Shown: positions 1-11,538 of the stretch, in pieces
Layout of the letters: the number at the start of each line of letters is the position of its first letter
Position numbering within the stretch: the first letter of the stretch is position 1
DNA from: Selaginella moellendorffii
Lineage: Eukaryota; Plantae; Lycopodiophyta
Length of the DNA stretch: 64,000 nt
Direction: 5' to 3'
Assembly (NCBI RefSeq): GCF_000143415.4
Contig: NW_003314267.1
Span: forward strand, 703,394 to 767,393
Program-made: the position numbers and the translations under genes
The notes under the pieces: model-generated
Database searches by the model: none
Told to the model about the DNA's origin: nothing
What the model saw: only the letters and a program-made list of their open reading frames with translations

Positions 1-320
1 CGGCGGCGGTGGCTCCTCCGCAGGACTACAAAGGCAAAGGCAAGGCGATCGTCCAGGAGGAGGACAGCAGCAGCGACGATAGCGAAGTGGGCGTGGACGA
101 GGACGAGTTCCTCAAGGCAAACATGGCAGCGCTCAGGGACGCCGATGCGCTGGAGGAGGTGGACTTGAACAACATTCTTCCCACAAGGACGCGCCGGCGG
201 ACGATCCAGCAGCCCGTCCATTGCGATGATCCTGGCAATGGATCCAGCGAGGAGGACGAAGACTATGTTGCCGGTGGCGAGCTCGGCACTCCAGGAGGAG
301 GAGGAGGAGGAGGAGGAGGT
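1..320 (+). CDS. Histone chaperone CHZ-domain protein (5' partial; 3' end uncertain)
   Basis: Acidic tracts flank LEEVDLNNILPTRTRRR, the CHZ motif. The frame is open from the window start. A (GGA)n run ends at a likely donor (GAG|GTAGGC) near 318. Confidence 0.75.
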
Positions 321-1295
321 AGGCAAACACAGAAAAAAAGTCGATTTCTTTTCTTCCAGATCGAGCTGAAACTTCGTCCGTGGTTTTCCAGGGAAATGAT
401 CACGCTGCTGTACGTGGTATGTTCTTCCATTTCTTTTCCCTGTCGCTGAGATCTCTTAGATTTGATCGTGTGATAGTTTTGGTGGTCTGTGAATGCAGGT
501 GACTTGTTGCCTATGCGTATTTCATTGCTGCAAAATGTTTGCCAGTTTTGATGCAATGTAGGGTTTTTCTTGTCTTCCTGGTAACTTTTCTTTTCTTACT
601 TTCTAACCCAATGTAAATATTGGATTTTCACCTCCTCGAATATTCTTCTAATGTATTCTTCCTAGCGCGCAGCTGCGCCGGAATCAGGCGCTCCGTTTCG
701 ATTTCCATGGCATCGTCTGTCCGAAATGCCAGGAAGAATGTCGAGAAAAAGGATTTCGTCCCAGGAATTGATGAGCGCCTTCATTCGGACGAGGAGCTCG
801 ACGCCAAAATGTGTGGAATGGTGAGGGCTGGTGACGCCGGATAGGACTTGCGTGAAGGCCAAGCGACACCACATATTAAGCTCGCCGAAAAATCTCTCTT
901 TTGCCTGTTTTGCATGGAAAATGATGTTCCAAAGACCAGGTTTCAAAGCAACTATTGCCCACTACATTCCTCCCCCGGCAGACCATCTTTGGAGAGATAA
1001 TAAGGCGGCATTTTGCAATTTATCTCTGCGAGCAAATGATATTCCAAAAGACCAGATTTCAATAAAATCTTTGCCTCGTTCGGCAGACCATCTTTGCAAA
1101 GGTGACATGCCCATCTTCCGAATAGATATGAAGCATCACTGTCCACGAAAAGAGGATCTTCTCGCTCATCTCCTCGGACATTTACCTCGCGCAAAACATT
1201 CGAGCTCAGAAACACTCCGGTAATCCAGATGATAAGGAACGTCAAGGTGGAGCTAAGACATAGCCATCCTTTGCCCACGACGCACAAAACTTTGC

Positions 1296-1440
1296 AGGTT
1301 TCAGCCGAACGTGTTTGGAACGTTTGCGAGCGCGTTCGGCCGTTCGCAAACGCTTTTGGTCCTGGAGCCGAACGTTCGCGAACGCGTTTGGCGTTTGGCG
1401 TTTGGCGTTTGGCGTCTGGCGTTGGCGAACTTGAATCGGT
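1296..1440. repeat. CG-rich palindromes plus a heptamer tandem array (TTTGGCG)n
   Basis: CGTTTGCGA...TCGCAAACG inverted repeat at about 1321-1352, CGTTCGCGAACG palindrome, and about 5-6 copies of TTTGGCG (later copies degenerate) at 1387-1427. Confidence 0.7.
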
Positions 1441-2470
1441 GCCAGCATTCAGGATGGAGATTCGGGCGAGGCCGAGCGATTGTTCTTCGGAGCCCGCGAG
1501 GAAAATGATCGAGCGTGAAAAATTACCCGCCATACTTTGTCATACAATAATCCAAGAATTACCCGCCATCCTTTTGTCATACAATCCAGATTCCATGACC
1601 TGGTCTTGTCAGTGGTTACATCTCGGGTTACATTTACAAGGAGCATGGCCGCGACATCACTTTCCTGTGTGGAGCTTTGAGGCGGAGAGAAAGGATTTCC
1701 TTGGTCACGAGGGTGTATGTTATCTGGGAGATCGACAAGCTCGCAGGAATATGGAAGCAGCGGTATTAAGGAAGCCGAGACAGCTTTCGCCATCTACCTC
1801 AACGCTGCTTGTAGGAAGCACTGTTGGTTTTCTCCGTGGTTGAAACCAGATGCACATTCATTCCCAGCACCATCGAGCCGAAGATACTGCCTGGCTCCAC
1901 CTCGGCTGAAAGATTGCTCTGGATTCTACAAAAGAAGGGCCCGGGATTTTCCTTTGATAATTCTAGCATATTTTAACCCGATTTGCTTGTAGGCGGGTAA
2001 GAGTTCGTTAGCTCTTTCCGATGGTTACCTTGGATCCAGCACGAAAATGATTACATTGCTATCTGGGAGAATCAGCATTGTGAAAACGCAGCTAGGCTAG
2101 CCGAACGATTGTACCAAAGTAGTTCTTCTCCTGAAAGAGGGAAAACCCCGACTGAAAGGGCCCAAGGTGATGGGAAACTTGTATGGCAGCTTTAGTCTCT
2201 TGAACCTCCTCTTGTCATTCCTGAGCTTCCCACCACGCCCGGGGAGTCATCACTGGCGTGGCAGAATGATATGACGGTAAGGAAGGAGTTGACAGCTCTT
2301 CTCGTACTCCAAGAGATCGTCAAATCGTCCCATCGCCTCCCACCGATGTTCCGGCCACGAGCAGCGGCTTGTTGTTCGACACCACCTTCACCCACGGCCT
2401 TGGCATCGGCGCCACCACCGCGCAGACTCCTGACTGCCGTCTGCATCTTCTCCTGGAAGTATGTGTTTCC

Positions 2471-2710
2471 ATGACAACGCTCTCGGTCATTACGTGGAAC
2501 TGTCGGGGGCTCAGCTCTGACGACAGTCGTCTCAACAAGCTCCGGATGGATTCCACGTCGAAGATGGAGGTTCCAGTTGCATCCGCGAGCAACACATCGT
2601 TGCCAATACAGAGCCGCGGGATCCAGCTTCCAAAGGTTCCATCACTCACGAGACCAAAACGTTTGGCCTCCTGCTCCCCATGCTTCAACCACAGGCCCAT
2701 GAGTATTTGA
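2471..2710 (+). mobile_element. Possible degenerate LINE (L1-like) endonuclease N-terminal fragment
   Basis: MTTLSVITWNCRGL matches the [ST]WNxRGL start of L1 APE domains. No further motifs recognised. Confidence 0.4.
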
Positions 2711-3017
2711 GTATTTGAGTAATCTGGCTGGAGAAAATGTGCCAGCCTTCTATCGGGAAATTAGGCGAACGAGATCATCTTCGCGATAAATTCCAATAGC
2801 GCCGCTCTGCAGGATCATTTCAAAACCAGGATACCGCGTCCCTGCGAGGAGCTGATGGGATCATCCTCGCGCACTGGTAATCGACTAACGAGCTTAGTGA
2901 GGATGGAACTCTTGATATAGGCCATTGTTCCTCCCGGAAGGACGTTACTGCTTGTTTTCCAGGCGGTGTTCATGCCCGCAGCTCCATGCAGCGTCAAGCC
3001 AAGGTGATAGAATGATA

Positions 3018-5682
3018 TCAGAAACGTATTTGGCGCGAAACTAAGACCCCCGAGTCCCAAGTCTCGCACCACCTACAAAGAAGGAAAAAGGACGCCATCA
3101 AAGATGGATAGACAAGAAGAAAGATATGATCACCTGGAGCCGGACGAGTCGCAAAAGATGCACTCGCCATGCCTCGAATTTTTCCAGAAGTGCCCAAACA
3201 AAACACTGCCGTCTGCCGAGTAGTATCGCCCTTGTCCGTGCGCTCTCCCTTGCACAAATTCGGCATGGAGCCGGTCGCCCGAGTGGAAATAAAACCATCC
3301 CTGAGACCACACCTCAATGCTTGGCTTGACGATCAAAACACATACCTTTCCATGGATGAGATTGTCACGCCAGTGCCCTTGGTAGACGTCGCCATTTGCA
3401 TAGTAAAGCGTTCCCATCCCACTTCTCTTGCCTTGGACCCAATCCCCGTCGTAGAAACTCCCATCAGCGAACGTCCATCGACCCTGAGAACGTATAGCCA
3501 CGATGAGAAAATAAGAAGGAATTTAAACGCTCGTTACTTGATTACCTTGCCATCTGGTTGTCCTCCTTCACAACGTCCTTTATACGAACCACCTTGAAAG
3601 TTCATCTCCACCGACGGAGAGAGGCTTCTCGGACTTCGCTCGTTTTCCTGGTGAAGCTAATGTTGAATATGTAAGAACAAACCAAATGGAAACTTGCCAG
3701 CATACACGCAGCTCGTTCCGACAGAGACTGCTCTGGCCTGTTGCGATCTTTGTCTTGGATCAGCTCGGAGGCCGTTCTACACGCCTCCAACACCGCGTCG
3801 ATTCCCATCTTTAGAACGCCGGTGTTAGGCACTGCAGCTGGGTCACAAGGCAACGGTTGCAGCGCATTCACCTTGTTTGCTTCGTTTGGTTCCACGTAGC
3901 TGTGTGCCTGTGCTTGCCGGATTTCTCGAACTCGACCAGGCTGCCGAGGCTCGTTTGATCTCGACTGGGCCCAAGCTCTCGCGTTATCAGAAAATGGTCC
4001 TGATTCCCATGAACGACATTCCTTATCACTCGTAGAAGCGGTTGGAAACGTTCTCTGTGCCTTTGAATCGATGTGAGTTTCAGTCACGGAAGTTCCATTT
4101 GCTCTTGTATTCTCTCGACTTGTTGATGAAGAGTTTTTAGCAAGGAAATTCTCTGTAAAAGTAGAGCTCGACGTAGGAGCATTCTGACAATGTCCGCGGC
4201 TGTCTTGACGCGTGCTGGGATACACAACCTTTCCAATCAAGTTGTCTTTTCCAGTTTCCATCCTGCATTGAAACTTCTTAAGACTTTTTCTCACGTAAGA
4301 AAGCTGCATGTACCTCGTTGTCATTAACAGAACGTGATGAGTTCCAGGAGCCAGACTTGTATCAAGCACGGAAAAGCATGCAATTGTCGCCTCTGTTTTT
4401 GATACAGAGCGGAGAATGCGCGCAGCGGTGCGCATTTCATCCTTTCGTACTCGCTTTGAGTTGGCCACGGCACAAATTATCGGTCCTTGTCTCTCCTGCT
4501 CGCATCAGTTAGTATTGAGACGTATACACCAGAAAGAAAAACATACCTTCTCTGACATGGGAACCATGTCGAGAGCTTCCTTGACTGCTTCCATCGGCGA
4601 AATCCCACTTCCAAGCCTTACATTTGCCACGCTCCATAGCCGAAGGATCTGAGCAGAACCGAATAGTAACAAATGAATGAATTAGAGAGAAGTATCTTAC
4701 CATTTCAGAAATAGAGAATTCAGTAGTTCCATCATAAAAGAAAGACGTTTGGCCCTGTAGAAGACGATGAAAATTGTCAAACTAAGAGCAATGTCGTCAC
4801 TTACAGATATCAACTGAGAAACAGCCTGAACTCCGAGTGAAACCATATTGTTCGATAGACAAGTTGCTTCCATTACAGTAAGACCATCTCTTGTCAGTAA
4901 TGTCTCGTGATCGATCACTGCAAAGTAGGAAACCTCACATAACTTGCGACAAAGATCAGTCATCTTACCAAGAAGTAAGTCAGCAGCAGCTTTAAGAGTG
5001 GCAAGACTCCGCTCAGCCTACTTTCGACGGTTGGAACAAGAAACAGTAAAAACTGCCAGCTTATCAAGACTTACTTTCTCCAGACGTCTTTGGCCCTCAA
5101 ATCTGAATGGTTTCGTGGCGATACAAAACCCGATACCACCACCAGCGCGCACAGCCCTGAGTTTAGCACATATTGCATCCAAGCATTGACAAGTCCCTGC
5201 TCCAAAGACCTTGAAAATATGCCTGAGTTTATCTTGAATAAAATCTCGTATTAACATACCAGTACAATCGCAGCTTCCACAGTTGATGAATTTTCAGCAA
5301 GCCGAATAAGTGGTCCTTCCATTTCGATTCCTAAGCACAGAAATATTTTCACGGACACGAGTAAAGAAGAATCCATTCGTACCTTCTCTTGCTTCCATTC
5401 TCTCTCGAAACCTGTTAAGAAATTTATAAAGCTAAAGCTAAACACAAAGGAGAGAATGAGCTACCTTTGGTTCAACACTGTCGCAACTCGCGAGCTCCAC
5501 AGTGCCGCCCGCGACGATTCTAGCTCGGGATTTCTCTCCTCTTGTCTAGAACCAAGCAGCACACTGCATTCTACCACTCTTCTCTTGCTCTCGGGCGATA
5601 CCTTCAAAACACAGGGCTCACGCAATCGCGCAACGGCAGCTCCATTGGCCTGGCAAAATGCCACGCCGATGCCCAGGGCCAT
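3018..5682 (-). CDS. ARC3: ACCUMULATION AND REPLICATION OF CHLOROPLASTS 3 (FtsZ-like N-terminus plus C-terminal MORN repeats), multi-exon
   Basis: Transit-peptide-like exon from ATG 5682. FtsZ-like TKPFRFEGQRR. ARC3 linker LSERAACML|ENERS...GGSYKGRCEGGQPDGK. MORN repeats (YDGDWVQGKRSGMG, YQGHWRDNLIHGKG). Last exon WCETWDSGVLVSRQIRF*. Confidence 0.92.
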
Positions 5683-5807
5683 TGCCTCGCCTCGCCCTAG
5701 CGCTCGCCTTTCCCTATTTCCAAAATCTCCTTCCCTCCATTATTTAGGGTTCTTCGAGCAACGCGATTCCATCGCGCTCGCTTCTAGCATTGCGCGCGGA
5801 GGATGGA

Positions 5808-7823
5808 ATGCAGCGTTCGATCCAGACGCCAGATTTCTGTCAGGTAAGTGAGCTTTCGCAAAGGATTCCAAGCTAGGCCGACCGTTTTTCTTCCTAGTAG
5901 CTCGAGACCATCGATCGCAAGCAGACCAGGCTACGACGATACCTCGCCGGGCTCAAAGAATGCGGCAGCTCCAAGGATCTGGCAAGAGGGAAAAGAATCC
6001 ACAGCGAGGCCGTCCAGAATGGGGACGAGAGCAACATCTACTTGGCCAGCAGTCTCATCAGCATGTATTCCAAGTGTGGAGATCTTCCGGACGCGAGGGA
6101 AGTTTTCGACAGGCTTCCTCGCCACAACCGCGACGTAGCAGTCTGGACAGCCTTGATCATGGGCTACGCGGACAACGGCCTGGAAGATCGAGCACTGGAC
6201 GAGTTTTTCCGCATGGATTGCCCGCTGAATCCTCGACCATTCGTCGCTGCGCTCAAGGCTTGCTCGAGTCTGGCGGAGAAGGAAGAAGCCATACAGGATG
6301 GTGGTAAGGCTATGGCGATCAAGTCAAGGAGCCTCGAGAGGGGCCGGGAGATACACGCTCGGGCTTGCAGGCTTGGATTCGACTCTAGTGATGTTTTCGT
6401 GGGGAATACGCTGGTGGATATGTACGCGAAGTGCGGAAGCATGGCCGATGCTCGCAGAGCTTTCGAGAAGATCATGGCTCCAGATACGGTCTCCTGGAAC
6501 GCTCTAGTGCTGGGATATGCAACGAACCACGAAGAAGCAGTGGCCTTTGAGGTGTTCTCTCGATTTCTCTCGACTTGGCTCCAACCGGATCATTTGAGCT
6601 TTGTGGCAGTTCTCAAGGCATGCAGTAGCTTAGCAACGAAAGAAGTGGCTGCTCATAACAGGCTCGTCAAAGTTTTTGCTTTGGAGAAAGGCATGGCTGT
6701 TCATGCTGAGGCAGCAAGAAGAGGACTTGATACCAGCCTCTTCGTGGCCAGCAGTCTAGTAGACATGTACTCCAAGTGTGGGAGCATGGTGGACGCTCAG
6801 AGGATCTACAACAAGCTGGAGTCATGCAACGTTGTTCTTTGGACAGCGCTCATGCTGGGATACGCAGAAAATGGCGAAGAAGATCTGGCACTGAAGCTAT
6901 TCATAGAGCTAAGACCGAGAAATTGCCGACCAAATGCTCTGAGCTTTCTGGCTGCATCGAAAGCTTGCACCGGCCTCGCAGTGAAAGAAGAAATCCAACA
7001 CCAACAAGTGGAGACGATCAAGAGAAGGCCAGTAAAGATCAACTCTCTGGAGAAGGGGATGGCCGTGCACTCGGAAGCTATCAGGTGTGGCTGCTGCGAT
7101 CTCTTCCTCACGAGCAACCTGGTGGACATGTACGGAAAGTGTGCAAGCATGGAGGACGCTCAGCGGGCCTTTGACGGAATGGAGCGGCGAAACGCGGTTC
7201 TATGGACGGTACTTCTGGCGGGATACGTTGAAAACGGTGAAGGTGAAAAGGCTCGCGAGCTCTTCGCTCCAATGCGACGCGACGGATGCCATCCAAACTC
7301 GGCCTCATTCGTCGCAGCACTGGGGGCCTGCAGGGACGGAGTTTCGATCGAAACCGGCAGGGCCTTCCACGCTGATATTTGCCGGAGTGGCGTCGAGTGT
7401 GAGACACAGGTCGGCAGCAAACTCGTGGACTTGTATTCCAAGTCCGGGATGGTGTCCAAAGCTCACGAGGTATTCGATTCACTTCCAGAGAGGAACTTGG
7501 TGACTTGGACATCGCTACTGGCAGGATATAGTCGCGAAGGGAGGACGCGAGAGGTTTTCCATCTCTTCGGCGGGATGCTAGACGAGGGCCTCCAGGCGGA
7601 CAGGGTGACGATGCTGTGCCTTCTCACGGCTTGTAGCCATGCCGGGCTCGTGGAGAGGGGCCGTGAGCTTCTTAAGTCGATGAGCTCCAGGTATGGAGTG
7701 AGTCCTGGCGTGGAGCACTGCGAATGCATGGCCGATTTGCTGGAGAGAGCTAACGAGGCCGAAGCTGCGAGGGAGATGAGAAAGATGGTGGCCAGGAAAG
7801 AAAATCCAACAATAATAAACTGA
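5808..7823 (+). CDS. PLS-class pentatricopeptide repeat protein (no clear DYW)
   Basis: Repeated LVDMYxKCGS / VxWTALxxGY motifs. The frame extends upstream of 6042 to 5901. A probable 36-bp first exon lies at 5808-5843 (CAG|GTAAGT). Confidence 0.92.
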
Positions 7824-7840
7824 AATTAACTTAGTGCTAA

Positions 7841-7913
7841 GGCCTTTTAGCTCAGTTGGTCAGACCGTGGTGCTGATAACGCCAAGGTCGCAGGTTCGAA
7901 CCTGCATGGGCCA
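7841..7913 (+). tRNA. tRNA-Ile-like gene with GAT anticodon (probable pseudo-tRNA)
   Basis: GGCCTTTTAGCTCAGTTGGTCAGACCGTGGTGCT-GAT-AACGCCAAGGTCGCAGGTTCGAACCTGCATGGGCCA has a plant cytosolic Ile(AAT) body. It carries an acceptor-stem T:T mismatch, a D-stem mismatch and a 6-nt T-loop. Confidence 0.8.
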
Positions 7914-8145
7914 AAACTGCTGTAGTAAACAAGGATGTTTTTTCTCTCTATCTGCGGCTTTAAGAAATCTTCCATAAGCCTGTACAGTTTCTGATTCACC
8001 GGCCGAATGTCAATGTTCGAATGTTAATGAACTTAGTGTTATTTACATTATAATATTTATGGCAGTACAAAATTATGTTCGCTAGCTAATAATTTATTAG
8101 CAATTAACTAACTCAGATCATTAATCATAGGTATATCTCATGAAT

Positions 8146-9522
8146 TTAACTTCTAACCGGCTTTTCAAGCAAAGCAGTGAGAAAGACATGGCGAGAGTTG
8201 TGAGAGTCAACGGACCATCTAACTCTCTCATAGCCCATGCGATCAATGGCAGGAACATAGACCGTTTGCAACATCTCATAGCTGCAAGCCAGCTTCTCGA
8301 GCCACAAGAGCCCTCCAGGCCTCAATATCCTGTCCAGATCATACACAAGGAACTCGAAGCTTTCAGCGGGCATGGAGCCCGATCCAACGATGTCCTCGGC
8401 GTGGACGATATCCATGGTGTTGTCAAAGAAGGGCAGCCGCTGGGATATGGTGACATGCATGGGCACCAAGCCCCTCGCCGCCACGACACTGCTCAAGGGA
8501 GCGCCCACGTCCAATGTGGTGGTGACGATCGTCACGCCCATCTCTCGCATCCTAGCTGCAAAGCTTCCAGTCCCGCCGCCCAGATCGAGCCCAATCCTCA
8601 GCCCACCTCGCTTCATCGCCAGCACCCCGTGAATGACGAGGTCGTGATCGTCGCGAGCGCTCACCCATCTGTGCTTCTCCTTGTCCAAATCGAGGCAGGA
8701 ATCGCAGCCCATGATCGAGCTCGAGCTATGGCGGCCCAGGCAGCTGAAGTTCTTGCAGGCGTAGTGCGTCCAGAGGATGGCATTGTCGGGAGGGAGGCTC
8801 CAGAGACAAGCCGGGAAGGGCAGCGGATCGCTGGACGAGTTTGGGGATCTTGCGAAGCATCGCCTGCGCGGGAGAGGCTCGCAGCCTTGCAGCATCAGCG
8901 TTTGTGCGAGATCGGAGTCGTCCGGGCAAAGGCCTCCCACGGGGTAGTCCATGAAGGTCTGGAGGAGATCCTTGCTGCTGGATCCGGCGCACGCGTGGCC
9001 CACCGGCGATGCCACCCTTGAGATCTGGAAGAGCTTGTGCTTGCCGAGAGGAAGGTCGCGGAGCGCGATGAACTCCTGGAGCTCAGAGCTGGGGATTGGA
9101 TCCAAGAGATTGAGGTTGTCGTTCACGTTTTCGGGAAGCATGGATTGATCTTCGTTCTCCTCTCGCTGACTCCTTGGCTTTGGATCTCGCTGCTGATCTA
9201 GCCGACCCAGAAACGAGGATAGATCATTCCGGATCCCGACCAGCTGAATCTGCGCTAGCTCCAGCTCGTGGTGGACGCGAGAGATGTGGCTCGTGATCTT
9301 CGTCGCCTGAAGCTTGCTCGATCTTTCGCCGGCTAATCTGGAGAAGAAGCTGCTGTAGCTCTTGCTGCCATGATCGTGCTGCGAGCTCGTTGCTGTGAGG
9401 CTGTAGAGCATCACAAAGTTGGTTCCAAGGAGACAAAGTAGAATCACGCATTTCCAAATGCCTATGCAAATCCTAGAGCAGTAGCTACTCTTTTTCTCGT
9501 CCGCCGCTCTCTTGCTTCCCAT
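8146..9522 (-). CDS. Type II membrane SAM-dependent methyltransferase (Methyltransf_29-like), intronless
   Basis: N-terminal TM helix, GCEPLPRRRC, RIGLDLGGGTGSFAARM, QRLPFFDNTMDIVH, DRILRPGGLLW. Confidence 0.93.
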   Translation of the reverse strand: MGSKRAADEKKSSYCSRICIGIWKCVILLCLLGTNFVMLYSLTATSSQHDHGSKSYSSFFSRLAGERSSKLQATKITSHISRVHHELELAQIQLVGIRNDLSSFLGRLDQQRDPKPRSQREENEDQSMLPENVNDNLNLLDPIPSSELQEFIALRDLPLGKHKLFQISRVASPVGHACAGSSSKDLLQTFMDYPVGGLCPDDSDLAQTLMLQGCEPLPRRRCFARSPNSSSDPLPFPACLWSLPPDNAILWTHYACKNFSCLGRHSSSSIMGCDSCLDLDKEKHRWVSARDDHDLVIHGVLAMKRGGLRIGLDLGGGTGSFAARMREMGVTIVTTTLDVGAPLSSVVAARGLVPMHVTISQRLPFFDNTMDIVHAEDIVGSGSMPAESFEFLVYDLDRILRPGGLLWLEKLACSYEMLQTVYVPAIDRMGYERVRWSVDSHNSRHVFLTALLEKPVRS

Positions 9523-9748
9523 CTCTCTCTATAGATTGAAAGTTTAGTGGCTCGCTCGTGGCATGCTTGAAGGAATGAAACTCAGATCGTGGATTAACTA
9601 TAGAAGATCGATCATGATGGCTTCGTGGATTATAGTATGATGGTCAGGTTGGTAATCATGGCGATGCGTTGGAGGAAAATTTTCCTATGTAGATTCCACT
9701 TTGTTGGTATCTCATGGACTTTCGTAATATTTTTGAAATACTTTCATA

Positions 9749-10330
9749 ATGTCTATCTTAATAATTCGTATCTTCATGATCTTAGGAAAAACTCACCGCT
9801 CAAGCTTGCTAAAAGTCATGGTACATGCTTTATTTTGTTAAAGTGGAACTTATTCAGTAAAGTGGGACATTAATTAGCATGTGTCCACATGCCATTTCCT
9901 AGTACTTAATTAATATTTATTAATATTTCTATCAGTTTTTTAATTTATTTTTTTATATTTCACAATATTATAACACAAAATCATATGAAAAGTTTTTAAT
10001 TTATAAATTATAAAGCTAAAACTTTAATTTTTTATTGTTGTTATAAAAATGGCATGTGGCCACACACTATAAGTGGGATAATGAAAAATTCCACTTTAAC
10101 AAAATAAAGCATGTACCAGAATTACTATCAAATGGTCATCCCACCATTCCAGAATGCCGGGGGTTGTTTTCTCAGGATTGTTCACCAAACAAGCTACACT
10201 GGTTCCTAGATTTCACGTATCTATACAATAGAGAATTGATAGGCCTAATATACCAATTCAGCTCTTAACTGGACTCGAGCTTCTTGGACAAATAAGTATG
10301 ATAAAAGAAATTTCCTTGCAGTGGGTTTGA
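9749..10330 (+). pseudogene. Deleted, MITE-disrupted copy of the spherulin-4-like gene
   Basis: 9746-9823 aligns with 11536-11613 (start and signal peptide). About 10120-10165 and 10260-10325 align with about 11745-11780 and 12087-12150. Confidence 0.8.
9824..10113. mobile_element. MITE (Tc1/mariner/Stowaway-like), 290 bp
   Basis: Perfect 25-bp TIRs CATGCTTTATTTTGTTAAAGTGGAA and a TA target duplication. The empty site CATGGTACCAG is seen in the paralog near 11607-11617. Confidence 0.9.
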
Positions 10331-10665
10331 ATTTGAATATCTTTGAGTGTTACTTAATTTCTCAATTAGAATGAACTTAGAACCCTCGAGTTCATTAAGT
10401 TTTGTATTTGCCCGAACAAAGGTGTATCAACTAAATAAGGTTTTCAATGAAATTGTCAATAGAAAAAATCCAAAAATTATAAACTAAATGAATTTGCTTG
10501 TAGTACAATTCGTTATGCTTTAGTGTTCTCTAATCAGTATGCAAACTTTCATAAAAGAAACAAACATTCATACCATAAATTTCTTTCCAAGTAATTTCTA
10601 TAACTGATGGAGAATATTAAAAAAATCGTGGAATAGATAAGTTATAAATAAAATAATTTGTTTCT

Positions 10666-10917
10666 GTTTTCTTAATAGTAGTGTTATTCCTATTTATCAA
10701 TGTAATTGATAAAATGAAAGTTTATAATTATAAACATGTTTTTAATTTATAAACATATTGCATATCAACCATTCGATGGTAGAATAAACTATAATATACT
10801 AGAAAGTGTTTAGGAAAGTTTATAAATTATAAATACAAGATTAATCTAAATGAATAATAACTGTTAGATTGTAGAATATCTTAGAATATTCAAGCATATT
10901 CTAGCTATATTCACTGG
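10666..10917 (+). repeat. AT-rich dispersed repeat, inverted copy of 25823-26082
   Basis: Collinear reverse-complement similarity, e.g. ATTGCATATCAACCATT and ATACAAGATTAATCTAAATGAATAA. Confidence 0.75.
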
Positions 10918-11538
10918 CATCTTAGTCCCCTACAGTTTTGCCTAAGTAAACCAATAATTTGTATGTTGTCTAATGGCTTGCTATAAACTTTTTGTTGAAG
11001 GATTAAAAAAATATTAAACCAAAATCATATCAGAAAAAGTATATATTACAAATATACATAGAAAATAAAATGATTTAAACTTTAGAGTATTATTTTATTT
11101 CCTGGATGCTGGATCTATGCCCTTAGAAACATAAAAATAAAAAAAATATGAATCTATGCAACTAAAAGTAAAACATAATTGGAAATTAATGGGAATGTTG
11201 TGTAAATTCTCACAAATTTATAAAAAGAATAAATTAATATCTAAAACTTTATGTTTATATATACAAGAATATTCAAACATATGCTAGAAGAAGATAATAA
11301 TATCAATAGGTAGAGAACCACTTCTGGCTGTGTGGTGGATTTAGAGCTTTAGAAAAGATTGGTATGTGTGGTAAGATAAAGGAGACGTGTTGCTACAGAG
11401 CTACAAAATTGTCAAAAGTAAGATATTGCCTTATTGGTGATCAATTAAAAGCCCAACTCTATATAATCGTCTCATTAATTCAAAACATCTCACCCTCTCT
11501 CCTTTTTTACTTTCATGTTTAGTGGATCATATCCCATA

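Noticed and set aside
952-1843. 193-aa and 204-aa overlapping ORFs
   Set aside because: They cross the palindrome/heptamer tract and show no domain signal or gene structure.
8140-9021. 293-aa plus-strand ORF
   Set aside because: Antisense shadow of the GC-rich methyltransferase CDS, with no recognisable motifs.
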